From Pseudomonadota bacterium (GTDB lineage Bacteria > Pseudomonadota > Gammaproteobacteria > Burkholderiales > Usitatibacteraceae): a stretch of DNA of 64,000 nucleotides. The position numbers and the translations under genes were made by a program. The notes under the pieces are model-generated. The model searched no databases and was not told the origin of the DNA. It saw only the letters and a program-made list of their open reading frames with translations. The DNA is taken from assembly GCA_029781595.1 (NCBI GenBank), contig JAKOWJ010000280.1, positions 7,042-71,041 on the forward strand. The letters run 5' to 3'. Of the stretch, positions 13,788 through 27,528 are shown one piece after another; the stretch's first letter is position 1, and every line of letters starts with the position of its first letter.

Positions 13788-15691
13788 GCGCTGCGCTCCA
13801 CCGGCGGCACGCGCGAGGCGAGCGCCCGGCGCTTCAGGTGCACCAGCAGCAGGGAGATGGCGGCCGGCGTGACACCCTGCACGCGGGCCGCCTGGCCGAC
13901 CGTTTCGGGCCGGTGCTGGGCGAGCTTCTGCTGGACTTCCTTGGACAGGCCGCGCACGGACGCGTAGTCCAGGTCCGCCGGCAGCGGCACGCCTTCCTGG
14001 GCGAGCTGGCGGGCGACCTCGTCGCGCTGGCGCTCGATGTAGCCGGCGTACTTGGCGCCGATCTCCACCTGCTCGGCCACGGCGGGATCCGCGACCGGGG
14101 CGCCGGCGCCCGGCAGGGTCATCAGTGAGTGGTAGCTTACCTCGGGACGCCGAAGGAGATCGAAGAGCGAATACTCACGTTCCATCGGCTGCCCGAGCAC
14201 GCGGACCTGGTCCTCGGCCGGGACCTGCGCCGGTTGCGCCCACTGCGCGCGCAGGCGGGCGCTCTCGCGCTCGATCGCCTCGCGCTTCCGGGAGAAGGCT
14301 TCCCACCGGGCGTCGTCCACCAGTCCCAGCCGGCGACCGGCCTCCGTGAGCCGCAGGTCGGCGTTGTCCTCGCGCAGCTGCAGCCGGTACTCGGCCCGGC
14401 TGGTGAACATCCGGTAGGGCTCGGAGACCCCGCGCGTGACCAGGTCGTCGACCAGGACGCCCAGGTAGGCCTCGTCCCGGCGCGGGCACCAGCCTTCCTC
14501 GTCCCGGGAGAACCGGGCGGCGTTGAGGCCCGCCAGCAGGCCCTGCGCGGCCGCCTCCTCGTAGCCGGTGGTGCCGTTGATCTGGCCGGCGAAGAAGAGC
14601 CCGGCGATGGCCTTCGTCTCCAGCGTCGCCTTCAGCCCCCGCGGATCGAAGTAGTCGTACTCGATGGCGTATCCCGGCCGCAGGATGTGGGCGTCCTCGA
14701 GCCCCGGGATCGACCGGACCAGGGCCCACTGAACGTCGAAGGGCAGGCTCGTGGAGATGCCGTTGGGGTAGACCTCGTGGGTCTGCAGGCCTTCCGGCTC
14801 GAGGAAGACCTGGTGGCTCGCCTTGTCGGCGAAGCGGTGGATCTTGTCCTCGATCGACGGGCAGTAACGCGGGCCGACACCCTCGATGATGCCCGTGAAC
14901 ATGGGAGAGCGGTCCAGCCCGCCGCGGATGGCCGCGTGCGTCGCCTCCGTCGTGTGGGTGATCCAGCACGGGAGCTGGCGCGGGTGCTGTTCGCGCCGGC
15001 CGAGGAAGGAGAAGACCGGCTCCGGCTCGTCTCCCGGCTGGCGCGTGCACTTCGTGAAGTCGATGGTGCGCCCGTCGATGCGCGGGGGCGTCCCCGTCTT
15101 CAGGCGCCCGACCGGCAGGGCCAGCTCCCGAAGGCGCGCGGCCAGCGAGAGCGACGGAGGGTCGCCGGCGCGGCCGGCGGCGTAGTTCTCCAGCCCGACG
15201 TGGATGCGCCCTCCCAGGAATGTGCCGGCCGTCAGGACCACCGCCGGGGCCCGGAAGCGCAGGCCGATGGCGGTCACCGCCCCGGCGACGCGCTCGCCAT
15301 CGAGCACCAGGTCGTCCACGGCCTGCTGGAAAAGCCAGAGGTTGGGCTGGTCCTCCAGGCGCCGGCGGATGGCCCCGCGGTAGAGCACCCGGTCGGCCTG
15401 CGCCCGCGTCGCGCGGACGGCGGGCCCCTTGCTGGCGTTGAGCGTGCGGAACTGGATCCCCGCCTCGTCGGTGGCCAGGGCCATCGCGCCCCCCAGGGCG
15501 TCGACCTCCCGGACCAGATGGCCCTTGCCGATGCCGCCGATGGACGGGTTGCAGGACATCTGGCCCAGGGTCTCGAGCGCGTGCGTCAGGAGCAGCGTGC
15601 GCGCACCCGACCGCGCCGCGGCCAGCGCGGCCTCGGTGCCGGCGTGGCCGCCGCCGACGACGATCACGTCGAAACGGGTGGGGAAATCCAT
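13784..15691 (-). CDS. mnmG: tRNA uridine-5-carboxymethylaminomethyl modification enzyme (GidA)
   Basis: [46 protein letters not shown]. Confidence 0.98.
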   Translation of the reverse strand: MDFPTRFDVIVVGGGHAGTEAALAAARSGARTLLLTHALETLGQMSCNPSIGGIGKGHLVREVDALGGAMALATDEAGIQFRTLNASKGPAVRATRAQADRVLYRGAIRRRLEDQPNLWLFQQAVDDLVLDGERVAGAVTAIGLRFRAPAVVLTAGTFLGGRIHVGLENYAAGRAGDPPSLSLAARLRELALPVGRLKTGTPPRIDGRTIDFTKCTRQPGDEPEPVFSFLGRREQHPRQLPCWITHTTEATHAAIRGGLDRSPMFTGIIEGVGPRYCPSIEDKIHRFADKASHQVFLEPEGLQTHEVYPNGISTSLPFDVQWALVRSIPGLEDAHILRPGYAIEYDYFDPRGLKATLETKAIAGLFFAGQINGTTGYEEAAAQGLLAGLNAARFSRDEEGWCPRRDEAYLGVLVDDLVTRGVSEPYRMFTSRAEYRLQLREDNADLRLTEAGRRLGLVDDARWEAFSRKREAIERESARLRAQWAQPAQVPAEDQVRVLGQPMEREYSLFDLLRRPEVSYHSLMTLPGAGAPVADPAVAEQVEIGAKYAGYIERQRDEVARQLAQEGVPLPADLDYASVRGLSKEVQQKLAQHRPETVGQAARVQGVTPAAISLLLVHLKRRALASRVPPVERSA

Positions 15692-15776
15692 GGGGTGGAT
15701 CGGGTGCCCGGGGCGGGCCCGGCCGTCGAAAATCGGAGCGCGAATTCTACGGGAAAAGGCGGGCCCGACCTAGCGT

Positions 15777-15792
15777 GGTTCCACGTGGAACG
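15777..15792. promoter_or_regulatory. parS site 1
   Basis: GGTTCCACGTGGAACG palindrome matching parS consensus tGTTtCACGTGaAACa, upstream of mnmG-rsmG-parAB. Confidence 0.88.
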
Positions 15793-15831
15793 CCGGGACG
15801 GATCCGCGCCCGGACCCCACCCGCCCCGGTA

Positions 15832-15847
15832 CGTTCCACGTGGAACA
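15832..15847. promoter_or_regulatory. parS site 2
   Basis: CGTTCCACGTGGAACA, same 14-bp core, 55 bp from site 1. Confidence 0.9.
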
Positions 15848-15867
15848 CCGCGCGGGGCCGGCCCGGG

Positions 15868-17214
15868 CTACTTGCCGATGCAGAACCGGCTGAAGATGTG
15901 GCCCAGGAGGTCGTCGGCCGTGACCTCGCCGGTGATGGCTCCCAGGGCCTTCTGCGCGAGGCGAAGATCTTCCGCAAACAATTCAAACACTTGGGCGTGC
16001 GGCCCGGCGGCGGACGCCAGATGGCCGGCGGCCGCCTGCAGCGCCACCAGGTGGCGTTCGCGGGCAAGGAACGCGCCCTCGCCCGAGGGGCGCCACCCCG
16101 CGACCTCGAGGAGCCACTGGCGAAGCGCCTCGACGCCTTCGCCGGTCTTCGCCGAGAGGCGGAAGTCCCGGTCCGCGCCATGAGGCTCGGTCCCGGCCGC
16201 GAGCCCGGCCAGGTCGATCTTGTTCGTGACGATCGCCCGCGGCAGCCCGGCCGGCAGCCGCGCGAGGATCTCGCGCTCCTCGTCCCGCTCGGGCTGGACC
16301 GCATCCCGGATGAGCATGACCGCGCCCGCTTTCGCGACCGCCTCCCAGCTGCGCGCGATGCCGATGCGCTCGACCTCGTCGCCCGTCGCGCGCAGCCCCG
16401 CCGTGTCCACCAGGTGCACCGGCACCCCGGACAGGATCACCGTGGCGCGGATCGCGTCGCGGGTGGTGCCCGCCACCGGGGTGACGATCGCCAGCTCCTC
16501 GCCGGCGAGCCGGTTGAGCAGGCTGGACTTGCCGACGTTGGGCCGCCCGACCAGGACCACCGTGAGCCCCTCGCGCAGCACCGCTCCCTGCGCGGCGCGT
16601 GCCTGGAGCGTCGCGAGGTCGGCCCGGATGGCCGCCAGCGCCTCCTGCTGCCGCCGCCGGTCCGCCGGGTCGATCTCCTCTTCCGGGAAATCGATGCAGG
16701 CCTCCACGTGCAGGCGAAGCTGCGTGAGCGCGGCCACGATCGCCTCGATGCGTTCGGAGAATTCCCCGCCCAGCGAGCGCGCCGCGCCCCGGGCGGCCTC
16801 CGCGCTCGCCGCGTCGATGAGGTCGGCCACCGCCTCGGCCTGCGCGAGGTCCAGCCGCCCGTTGAGGAAGGCGCGGCGCGTGAACTCCCCGGGCTCCGCC
16901 AGCCGGGCGCCGAGCGCCACGCACCGCCGCAGGATCTCGTGCAGCACGACGGGCCCGCCGTGGCCCTGCAGCTCCAGGACGTCCTCGCCCGTGTACGAAC
17001 GGGGCGCGGGAAAGAAGAGGGCGATGCCCTCGTCGAGGAGGGCGCCGTCGCCGTCGCGGAACCGGGCCCGGATCGCGAGGCGCGCCTCGGGAACCCGCCC
17101 GACGATCTCCCGCGCCAGCAGGGGCGCGAGCGGGCCGGAGACGCGCACGATGCCGATTCCCCCGCGGCCGGGGGCGGTGGCGACGGCCGCGATCGTGTCC
17201 GGCCGGACGCTCAC
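15868..17214 (-). CDS. mnmE: tRNA modification GTPase MnmE (TrmE)
   Basis: DTIAAVAT, GRPNVGKSS, GTTRD, DTAG, C-terminal FCIGK. Confidence 0.97.
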   Translation of the reverse strand: MSVRPDTIAAVATAPGRGGIGIVRVSGPLAPLLAREIVGRVPEARLAIRARFRDGDGALLDEGIALFFPAPRSYTGEDVLELQGHGGPVVLHEILRRCVALGARLAEPGEFTRRAFLNGRLDLAQAEAVADLIDAASAEAARGAARSLGGEFSERIEAIVAALTQLRLHVEACIDFPEEEIDPADRRRQQEALAAIRADLATLQARAAQGAVLREGLTVVLVGRPNVGKSSLLNRLAGEELAIVTPVAGTTRDAIRATVILSGVPVHLVDTAGLRATGDEVERIGIARSWEAVAKAGAVMLIRDAVQPERDEEREILARLPAGLPRAIVTNKIDLAGLAAGTEPHGADRDFRLSAKTGEGVEALRQWLLEVAGWRPSGEGAFLARERHLVALQAAAGHLASAAGPHAQVFELFAEDLRLAQKALGAITGEVTADDLLGHIFSRFCIGK

Positions 17215-17218
17215 GGCG

Positions 17219-18916
17219 CTAGCGCTTGCCGCGCGCCTTGGCCGCCGCCTCCGCCGCGAGCGAGCGGTTGATGTTCCACTGCTGCGCGATGGACAGGAGG
17301 TTCTGCACGACCCAGTAGAGCACGAGGCCGGAGGGGAAGAAGAAGAAGAAGATGCTGAAGACGATGGGCATCGCCATCATCACCTTGGCCTGCACCGGGT
17401 CCGCCGGCTGCGGGTTGAGCTTGGTCTGCACGAACATCGACACGGCGTAGATGACCGGCAGGATGTAGTACGGGTCGGGCGCGGAGAGGTCGTGGATCCA
17501 CCCGAGCCAGGGCGCGTGGCGCAGCTCGATGGAGCCGAGCAGCACCCAGTAGAGCGCGATGAAGACCGGGATCTGCACGAGGATGGGCAGGCACCCGCCC
17601 AGCGGGTTGATCTTCTCGGTCCGGTACAACTCCATCATCGCCTGGTTGAGCTTCTGCCGGTCGTCCCCGTAGAGCTGCTTGAGCTTCTCCATCTTCGGCG
17701 TGAGCACCTTCATCGCCGCCATGGAGCGACCCGCCTTGTGGTTGAGCGGGTAGAAGACGGCCTTGATGAGGATGGTGAGCAGGATGATCGCCCAGCCCCA
17801 GTTGCCCACCAGGCCGTGGATGAACTTGAGCACCCAGAAGAGCGGCGCGGCCAGGATGTACAGCCAGCCGTAGTCGACGACGAGGTCCAGGCCCGGCGCG
17901 ATCTTCGCGAGCTTGTCGGTCTCCTGCGGGCCGATGTAGACCGGCATGGAAACCTTCGCCTCGGCCCCCGGCGCGATCGCCCCCATGGGCACGATCACGC
18001 CCGCGGTGAAGAGGTTGTCGCCCACCTTGTGCGCGAAGAACTCGCGCGGGCCGCCTCCCTGCGGCAGCCAGGCCGACACGAAGTAGTGCTGCACCATGCC
18101 GATCCAGCCGTCCTTCGTCTTCGACACCGGCAGGGGCTTGCCCTTCTGGATGTCGCTGAAGCTCACCTTCACGAACTTCGTTTCCTCGGTGTAGAGCGCC
18201 GGGCCGGTGAACGTGGCGACGCCGCCGATCTTGCTCGTCTGGGCGGCGTCCTGGCTCGGGGGATTCTCGTCGCGCAGGAACTGGAAGTAGGCGAACGGCG
18301 AGAGCGGCTTGTCGCCCGTGTTGCGCACGTCGTACGCGACGCCGATCTCGTAGCTGCCGCGCCGGAACGTGAGCGTCTTCACCACCTGGGCGCCGCTCGC
18401 GTCGGCGGCCGTGAGCTTCACGGCGATCTCGTTCTTCCCCTCCGCCAGGTCGTAGGTGGTGGCCTCGGCGGTGTAGTTGGCCTTGTGGCTGGGCAGGCCC
18501 TCGCCCAGCAGGCCCGTCTGCGTCACGAAGTAGTGGCTGGGGTCCGGCTCGAGCAGCGTGAGCGGCTTGTCGCGCTCCACTGCCGAGAAGACCTTGCGCA
18601 GGGTCACGCGCCGGATGTCGCCGCCGGCCGTGTTGAGCTCCACGTCCATGACGTCGGTGCGCACGGTGATTCTCTGTCCCGTGGCCGCCACCGGCGCCGT
18701 GCCGAGGCTGCCGGTCGCCGGCGAGGCCGGGGACGCGCCGGGCGTGGCGGCGGGAGCGCCCGGCGTGGGCGTCGGTATGGTCGTCGGCCCGCTCTTTCCC
18801 GCCACGCTCGCGGGCGCGGCGGGAACCTGGGGAGCGTTGTGCTTCTGCCAGGCGTCCCAGAGGAGCAGGGCGGAGAAGCTGAAGACCACGAAGGCGATGA
18901 GTCTCTGGATATCCAT
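17219..18916 (-). CDS. yidC: Membrane protein insertase YidC
   Basis: VDYGWL, GNWGWAII, INPLGGCLP, GLVLYW. Confidence 0.97.
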   Translation of the reverse strand: MDIQRLIAFVVFSFSALLLWDAWQKHNAPQVPAAPASVAGKSGPTTIPTPTPGAPAATPGASPASPATGSLGTAPVAATGQRITVRTDVMDVELNTAGGDIRRVTLRKVFSAVERDKPLTLLEPDPSHYFVTQTGLLGEGLPSHKANYTAEATTYDLAEGKNEIAVKLTAADASGAQVVKTLTFRRGSYEIGVAYDVRNTGDKPLSPFAYFQFLRDENPPSQDAAQTSKIGGVATFTGPALYTEETKFVKVSFSDIQKGKPLPVSKTKDGWIGMVQHYFVSAWLPQGGGPREFFAHKVGDNLFTAGVIVPMGAIAPGAEAKVSMPVYIGPQETDKLAKIAPGLDLVVDYGWLYILAAPLFWVLKFIHGLVGNWGWAIILLTILIKAVFYPLNHKAGRSMAAMKVLTPKMEKLKQLYGDDRQKLNQAMMELYRTEKINPLGGCLPILVQIPVFIALYWVLLGSIELRHAPWLGWIHDLSAPDPYYILPVIYAVSMFVQTKLNPQPADPVQAKVMMAMPIVFSIFFFFFPSGLVLYWVVQNLLSIAQQWNINRSLAAEAAAKARGKR

Positions 18917-18961
18917 CGGAGGTCGGGGGAGTCGGAAGGTCAGTGTCGTGCGGTCGCCGGA

Positions 18962-19171
18962 TCAGGGCACCGGATCGTGGCCGCCCGGATTCCACGGGTG
19001 GCAGCGCAGGATCCGCCGGGCGGCGAGCCACGAGCCGGACAGCGCGCCGTGGCGCTCCAGCGCCTCGATCGCGTAGTTCGAGCAGGTGGGCGTGAAGCGG
19101 CACTGCCCGCCCCACCACGGGGCGAGCAGGTAGTGATAGGCGCGGACGAGGGCGACCAGCACGCGGCGCAT
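18962..19171 (-). CDS. yidD: Membrane protein insertion efficiency factor
   Basis: [11 protein letters not shown]...RILRCHPW...GGHDPVP. Confidence 0.94.
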   Translation of the reverse strand: MRRVLVALVRAYHYLLAPWWGGQCRFTPTCSNYAIEALERHGALSGSWLAARRILRCHPWNPGGHDPVP

Positions 19172-19175
19172 GCCA

Positions 19176-19535
19176 TCACCGGCCGCCGGCGCGGTCGAGC
19201 AGGCCGCGCACGGCCGCGAGCCAGGCCTGCTCCCCACCTTCGGCGAGCGGCCCGCGCAGGGCCAGCACGAGGTCGAGACCGGCTTCCTTCACGGGGTGGC
19301 GGCGGAACGCCTCGCGGGCGAGGCGCTTGAGGCGGTTGCGGACCACGGCACGGCGTGCGAAGCGCTTGGGCGCGGACACGCCGAGCCGGGAGGCGCCCGG
19401 CGCGCCGGCGGCCACGTGGAGCAGGAGGTCGGTCCCGCGGATCTTTCGCGGGCTGCGCAGGGCGGCCGCGAAGGCGCCGCGGCCCACGAATCGGTGGCGC
19501 CGGGAAAGGCCTTCCTTCCGGGCCCCGAGCGTCAT
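19176..19535 (-). CDS. rnpA: Ribonuclease P protein component
   Basis: RLGVSAPKR...AVVRNRLKR (RNR motif), between rpmH and yidD. Confidence 0.92.
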   Translation of the reverse strand: MTLGARKEGLSRRHRFVGRGAFAAALRSPRKIRGTDLLLHVAAGAPGASRLGVSAPKRFARRAVVRNRLKRLAREAFRRHPVKEAGLDLVLALRGPLAEGGEQAWLAAVRGLLDRAGGR

Positions 19536-19542
19536 GCGGCGG

Positions 19543-19677
19543 TCAGACCGCGACGCGCTTGCGCCCCTTGGCGCGGCGGGCGTTGATCACGGCTCGGCCG
19601 GCGGCCGTCTTCATGCGGACGCGGAAGCCGTGCGTCTTCTTCCGTCGCGTGTTGGAAGGCTGGAACGTGCGTTTCAT
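19543..19677 (-). CDS. rpmH: 50S ribosomal protein L34
   Basis: Not in the ORF track; translates [44 protein letters not shown]. Confidence 0.97.
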   Translation of the reverse strand: MKRTFQPSNTRRKKTHGFRVRMKTAAGRAVINARRAKGRKRVAV

Positions 19678-19724
19678 GGGAACCTCGTCTGGCCCGCCCG
19701 GAAACTCCGGGCGAAAAGCGCGCG

Positions 19725-19815
19725 ATTATAGCCGATCCCCCCTCGCCGCGCCATCGCGCCGGCCCGCCGTTCCCCCGTCGCGCCTGTGGATAAGTCCCCC
19801 CGATCCCGATAGAAT
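19725..19815. promoter_or_regulatory. Divergent rpmH/dnaA promoter region with a DnaA box
   Basis: TATAAT (minus, 19730-19725), perfect DnaA box TGTGGATAA at 19785-19793, TAGAAT (+, 19810-19815). Confidence 0.75.
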
Positions 19816-19866
19816 CCGGGATCTTCCCGCTGCCGTTCCCTCCCCGACCTGCCGCCCGCCGCCGAC

Positions 19867-21192
19867 ATGGATTCGCTCTGGCTTTCCCTCGTTTCCGAGC
19901 TCAAGAAGGACCTGCCGGCGCAGCAGTACGACACGTGGATCAAGCCGCTGCGGGCCGAGCGCGAGGGCAACCACCTGCGCGTGCTCGCCCCCAACCACCA
20001 CGTGCTGCGCTGGATCCGGGCGAACCTGCTGGCCAAGATCACCTCCCGCGCCGAGCGCGTGGCCGGCTCGACCCTCCAGGTCGACCTCGCCCTGGACGAG
20101 CGCCAGTCGCCGGAAGCCGAGATCGTCGTGCCCGAGCCGGTCGCGGTGGCCGCCGAACGGCCCGCCCGCGACGAGCACCGCCTGAATCCGTCGTTCACCT
20201 TCTCCAACTTCGTGAACGGCAAGGCCAACCAGATCGCGCGCGCCGCGGCCATCCAGGTGGCCGAGAACCCGGGCACGGCCTACAACCCCCTCTTCATCTA
20301 CGGCGGCACGGGGCTGGGCAAGACCCACCTGCTGCAGGCCATCGGCACGGACGTCCTCAAGCGCAACCCAAGGGCCAAGGTGCGCTACATCCACGCCGAG
20401 CAGTTCGTCGCGGACGTGGTGCGCGCCTACCAGCACAAGAGCTTCGACTCCCTCAAGCGCTACTACCGCTCGCTCGACCTCTTCCTCATCGACGACGTGC
20501 AGTTCTTCGTGGGCAAGTCGCGCTCGCAGGAGGAGTTCTTCTACACCTTCAACGCCCTGTTCGAGGCGCACAAGCAGGTGGTGATCACCAGCGACTGCTT
20601 TCCGAAGGAGATGACCGGCATCGAGGACCGCCTCATCTCGCGCTTCGGCTGGGGCCTCACGGTGGCCGTCGAGCCGCCCGAGCTCGAGATGCGGGTGGCG
20701 ATCCTGCTGAAGAAGGCGGAGATGGACGGCGTGCACGTCGACGAGGCGGTCGCCTTCTTCATCGCCAAGCACATCCGCTCCAACGTGCGCGAGCTCGAGG
20801 GCGCGCTGAAGCGGGTGCTCGCCTACGCGCGATTCAACAACACCGTGGTGAACGTGACGACCGCGCGCGAGGCCCTGAAGGACCTGCTCGCCGTCCTCAC
20901 GCGCCAGGTGTCCATCGAGAACATCCAGAAGACCGTCGCGGACTACTTCAAGATCAAGGTCTCCGACATGTACTCGAAGAAGCGCTTCCGGTCCGTCGCC
21001 CGCCCGCGGCAGGTGGCCATGGCCCTGGCCAAGGAGCTCACGCAGCAGAGCCTGCCGGAGATCGGCGAGGCCTTCGGCGGCCGCGATCACACCACCGTCC
21101 TGCACGCCTGCCGCAAGATCCAGGAATTGCGCGACACCGACCAGGAATTCTTCCGCGACTACGCGCAGCTTCAGCAGATCCTTCTCGGATGA
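19867..21192 (+). CDS. dnaA: Chromosomal replication initiator DnaA
   Basis: [43 protein letters not shown]. Confidence 0.98.
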   Translation: MDSLWLSLVSELKKDLPAQQYDTWIKPLRAEREGNHLRVLAPNHHVLRWIRANLLAKITSRAERVAGSTLQVDLALDERQSPEAEIVVPEPVAVAAERPARDEHRLNPSFTFSNFVNGKANQIARAAAIQVAENPGTAYNPLFIYGGTGLGKTHLLQAIGTDVLKRNPRAKVRYIHAEQFVADVVRAYQHKSFDSLKRYYRSLDLFLIDDVQFFVGKSRSQEEFFYTFNALFEAHKQVVITSDCFPKEMTGIEDRLISRFGWGLTVAVEPPELEMRVAILLKKAEMDGVHVDEAVAFFIAKHIRSNVRELEGALKRVLAYARFNNTVVNVTTAREALKDLLAVLTRQVSIENIQKTVADYFKIKVSDMYSKKRFRSVARPRQVAMALAKELTQQSLPEIGEAFGGRDHTTVLHACRKIQELRDTDQEFFRDYAQLQQILLG

Positions 21193-21390
21193 GCCGCGAA
21201 ACCCGACAAAACCTGTGGATGGATTCCGCCGGCGCTGCGCCCGGCCAGGTTATCCACAGGTTCGGCGCGCGGACGGTACTCGCTGTCCCCAGCGAATCCG
21301 TGATGCAAGTACCTGAATCGAAAGCGTCGTTGGACTTTTCCCGGAATCGAGCCGTCTCCTATCAACTATCAACTATTCAGAGATAGCCCT
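21193..21390. other. Candidate oriC (dnaA-dnaN spacer)
   Basis: Perfect DnaA box TTATCCACA at 21250-21258, degenerate box TGTGGATGG at 21214-21222, AT-richer 3' part with CTATCAA repeats. Confidence 0.65.
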
Positions 21391-24952
<3,562 letters not shown>

Positions 24953-24970
24953 GGCCGGGCGGGGCGGCCC

Positions 24971-27457
24971 TCAGGCCGCCTTCTTCGCGCGCGAGGGCTT
25001 CGCCTTCTTCGACTTGGACTTGCTGGCGAGCAGGGCCAGTGCCTCCTCCAGGGAGAAGGTGTCGATCGCGTCCTTGTCGGGCAGCGTCGCGTTCACCTTG
25101 CCGTGCTTCACGTACGGGCCGTACTTGCCCGAGTAGAGCGCGACGGCCTGCCCGTCCTCCGGGTGCTTGCCCAGCACGCGCAGCGCCCCCCGGCCGCCGG
25201 GGCTCTTCGGCTCCTTGAGCAGCGCCACGGCGCGCTCGAGCGTGATGTCGAAGACGTTCTCGTCCTTGGGGATCGACTTGAACTGCCCGTCGTGGTTGAC
25301 GTACGGGCCGAAGCGGCCGATGGCCGCGACCACCTTCTTGCCCGTCTCCGGGTGCGCGCCGAGGTCGCGCGGGAGCGCCAGGAGCTTGAGCGCGATCTCC
25401 AGGCTCGCCGCCTCGGGCGCGATGTTCTTGGGCAGCGAGACGCGCTTGGGCTTCTTGTCGCCCTCGGGCTCGCCGAGCTGGAAGTACCAGCCGAAGGGGC
25501 CCTGCAGCAGGCTGATGGGCTTGTGCGACTTGGGGTCGACGCCGATGTCGCGGCGGGCGGGTCCCTCCGCGGAGTCGCCGCTGCCGTCGAGATTGCGCGT
25601 GTAGTCGCACTCGGGAAAGCCCGAGCAGCCCACGAAACGGCCGCGCCGGCCCAGGCGGATGGTGAGCTTGTGGGCCTGGCACTTGGGGCAGATCTCCTCC
25701 AGGACCTCCTGGGTCACTTCCTTGCGGGAGACCGATTCCTTCTCGCCGAGCTGGGCGGAGAAATCCTTCCAGAAGCGCGCCAGGACGGGGATCCACTCCT
25801 CCTTGCCGTTGGAGATGTCGTCGAGCTCGTCCTCGAGCTTGGCGGTGAACTCGTAGTCGACCCAGTGGGCGAAGTGCTCCGTGAGGAACCTGTTCACCAC
25901 GCGGCCGACGTCGGTGGGCTGGAAGCGCTTCTTCTCGAGCACCACGTACTCGCGGTTCTGGAGCGTGGAGATGATCGAGGCGTACGTGGAGGGCCGGCCG
26001 ATGCCGTACTGTTCGAGGGCCTTCACCAGGCTCGCCTCGGAATAGCGCGGGGGCGGCTGCGTGAAGTGCTGCTCGCCGTAGAGCTTGAGGATGGGCACCG
26101 AGTCGCCCTTCTCCAGCGGCGGAAGGCGCTTGTCCTCCTCCTCCACGGCGTCGTCCTCGTCCTCGTGGTAGACGGCGTAGAAACCCGGGAAGACCATCGT
26201 CTGGCCGGTGGCGCGGAAGGTGTTGCCCGGGCCGCCCACGGCGAAGTCCACGGCCACCGTGTCGAACTTGGCCGGCGTCATCTGGCAGGAAAGCGCGCGC
26301 TTCCAGACCATCTCGTAGAGCTTGCGCTGGTCGTCGTTCAGGAACGGGGCCACGGACTCCGGCGTGCGGGCGATGGAAGTGGGGCGGATCGCCTCGTGGG
26401 CCTCCTGGGCGTTCTTGGCCGTGCTGCGGTAGGCCACCGGGCTCTTCGGCAGGTAGTCGGAGCCGAAGTTCTTCGTGATGTAGCCGCGGATCTCGGTGAC
26501 GGCCTCCTTCGAGAGGTTCACCGAGTCGGTGCGCATGTAGGTGATGAGGCCGGTCACGGCCTTGCCGAGCGAGACGCCCTCGTAGAGGCTCTGGGCCACC
26601 TTCATGGCGCGATCGGTGGAGAAGCCGAGCTTGCGCACCGCCTCCTGCTGGAGGGTGGACGTCGTGAAGGGCGGCGCCGGCGAGCGCAGCTTGCGCTTCT
26701 TCTCGATCTCGGAGACGCGCGCCGTGCCCTTGGCGTGCGAGGAGAGGAATTGCGTGATCTCGTCGTTGCGCTCGGCGCTGCCCACGGAGAACTGGTCGAG
26801 CTTCTCGCCCCGGAAGTGGGTGAGCCTCGCCGTGAAGGCGGTTCGGGCCTTCTCGGAATCGAAGTGGATGGTCCAGTACTCGCGCGTCTTGAAGTTCTCG
26901 ATCTCGATCTCGCGCTCGACGATGAGGCGAAGCGCCGGGCTCTGCACGCGGCCGGCCGAGAGCCCGCGCCGGATCTTCTTCCACAGCAGCGGCGAGAGGT
27001 TGAAGCCGACGAGGTAGTCGAGCGCGCGCCGGGCCTGCTGGGCGTTGACGAGCTCCATGGAGATGTCGCGGGGGTTCTTCACCGCGTCCTTCACGGCACC
27101 CTCGGTGATCTCGTAGAACACCACGCGGCGCAGCTTCTTGTCCTTCACCGCCCGCTTGGCGCGCAGGATCTCGGACAGGTGCCACGCGATGGCCTCGCCC
27201 TCGCGGTCCGGGTCGGTCGCGAGCAGGATGGTGTCGGCGTCCTTCACCGCCTTGGCGATGGCGTCCACGTGCTTGGCGTTCCGGTCGATGATCTCGTACT
27301 TCATCCGGAAGTCGTGGTCGGGGTCGACGGCGCCGGTCTTCGGCACCAGGTCGCGGACATGGCCGTAGGAGGCGAGGATCTCGTAGTCCTTGCCGAGGTA
27401 TTTCTTGAGCGTCTTCGCCTTGGAGGGCGATTCGACGATGAGCAGGTTGGAGGCCAT
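24971..27457 (-). CDS. topA: DNA topoisomerase I
   Basis: LLIVESPSKAK, ATDPDREGEAI, SAGRVQS, LITYMRTDS; one C4 zinc ribbon followed by GRFGPYV-type repeats. Confidence 0.96.
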   Translation of the reverse strand: MASNLLIVESPSKAKTLKKYLGKDYEILASYGHVRDLVPKTGAVDPDHDFRMKYEIIDRNAKHVDAIAKAVKDADTILLATDPDREGEAIAWHLSEILRAKRAVKDKKLRRVVFYEITEGAVKDAVKNPRDISMELVNAQQARRALDYLVGFNLSPLLWKKIRRGLSAGRVQSPALRLIVEREIEIENFKTREYWTIHFDSEKARTAFTARLTHFRGEKLDQFSVGSAERNDEITQFLSSHAKGTARVSEIEKKRKLRSPAPPFTTSTLQQEAVRKLGFSTDRAMKVAQSLYEGVSLGKAVTGLITYMRTDSVNLSKEAVTEIRGYITKNFGSDYLPKSPVAYRSTAKNAQEAHEAIRPTSIARTPESVAPFLNDDQRKLYEMVWKRALSCQMTPAKFDTVAVDFAVGGPGNTFRATGQTMVFPGFYAVYHEDEDDAVEEEDKRLPPLEKGDSVPILKLYGEQHFTQPPPRYSEASLVKALEQYGIGRPSTYASIISTLQNREYVVLEKKRFQPTDVGRVVNRFLTEHFAHWVDYEFTAKLEDELDDISNGKEEWIPVLARFWKDFSAQLGEKESVSRKEVTQEVLEEICPKCQAHKLTIRLGRRGRFVGCSGFPECDYTRNLDGSGDSAEGPARRDIGVDPKSHKPISLLQGPFGWYFQLGEPEGDKKPKRVSLPKNIAPEAASLEIALKLLALPRDLGAHPETGKKVVAAIGRFGPYVNHDGQFKSIPKDENVFDITLERAVALLKEPKSPGGRGALRVLGKHPEDGQAVALYSGKYGPYVKHGKVNATLPDKDAIDTFSLEEALALLASKSKSKKAKPSRAKKAA

Positions 27458-27528
27458 GGGAGCGGAATCAGGTCGTTTTCATTCTATTACGCGGCCCGGG
27501 GGCGCCTTTCCGGGGGTCGATGCGGCGC

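Noticed and set aside
15777..15847. CRISPR mini-array (two palindromic repeats with a ~40-bp spacer)
   Set aside because: Only two 14-16-bp repeats, which match parS; no cas genes.
16220..19330. 1036-aa plus-strand ORF and similar long ORFs (e.g. 25103-28075, 34170-37724, 52502-55549, 14129-16183)
   Set aside because: Antisense or off-frame shadows of well-identified genes, expected at this GC content, with low-complexity Arg/Ala/Gly/Pro translations. Only the 3' parts of 34170-37724 and 52502-55549 are real genes.
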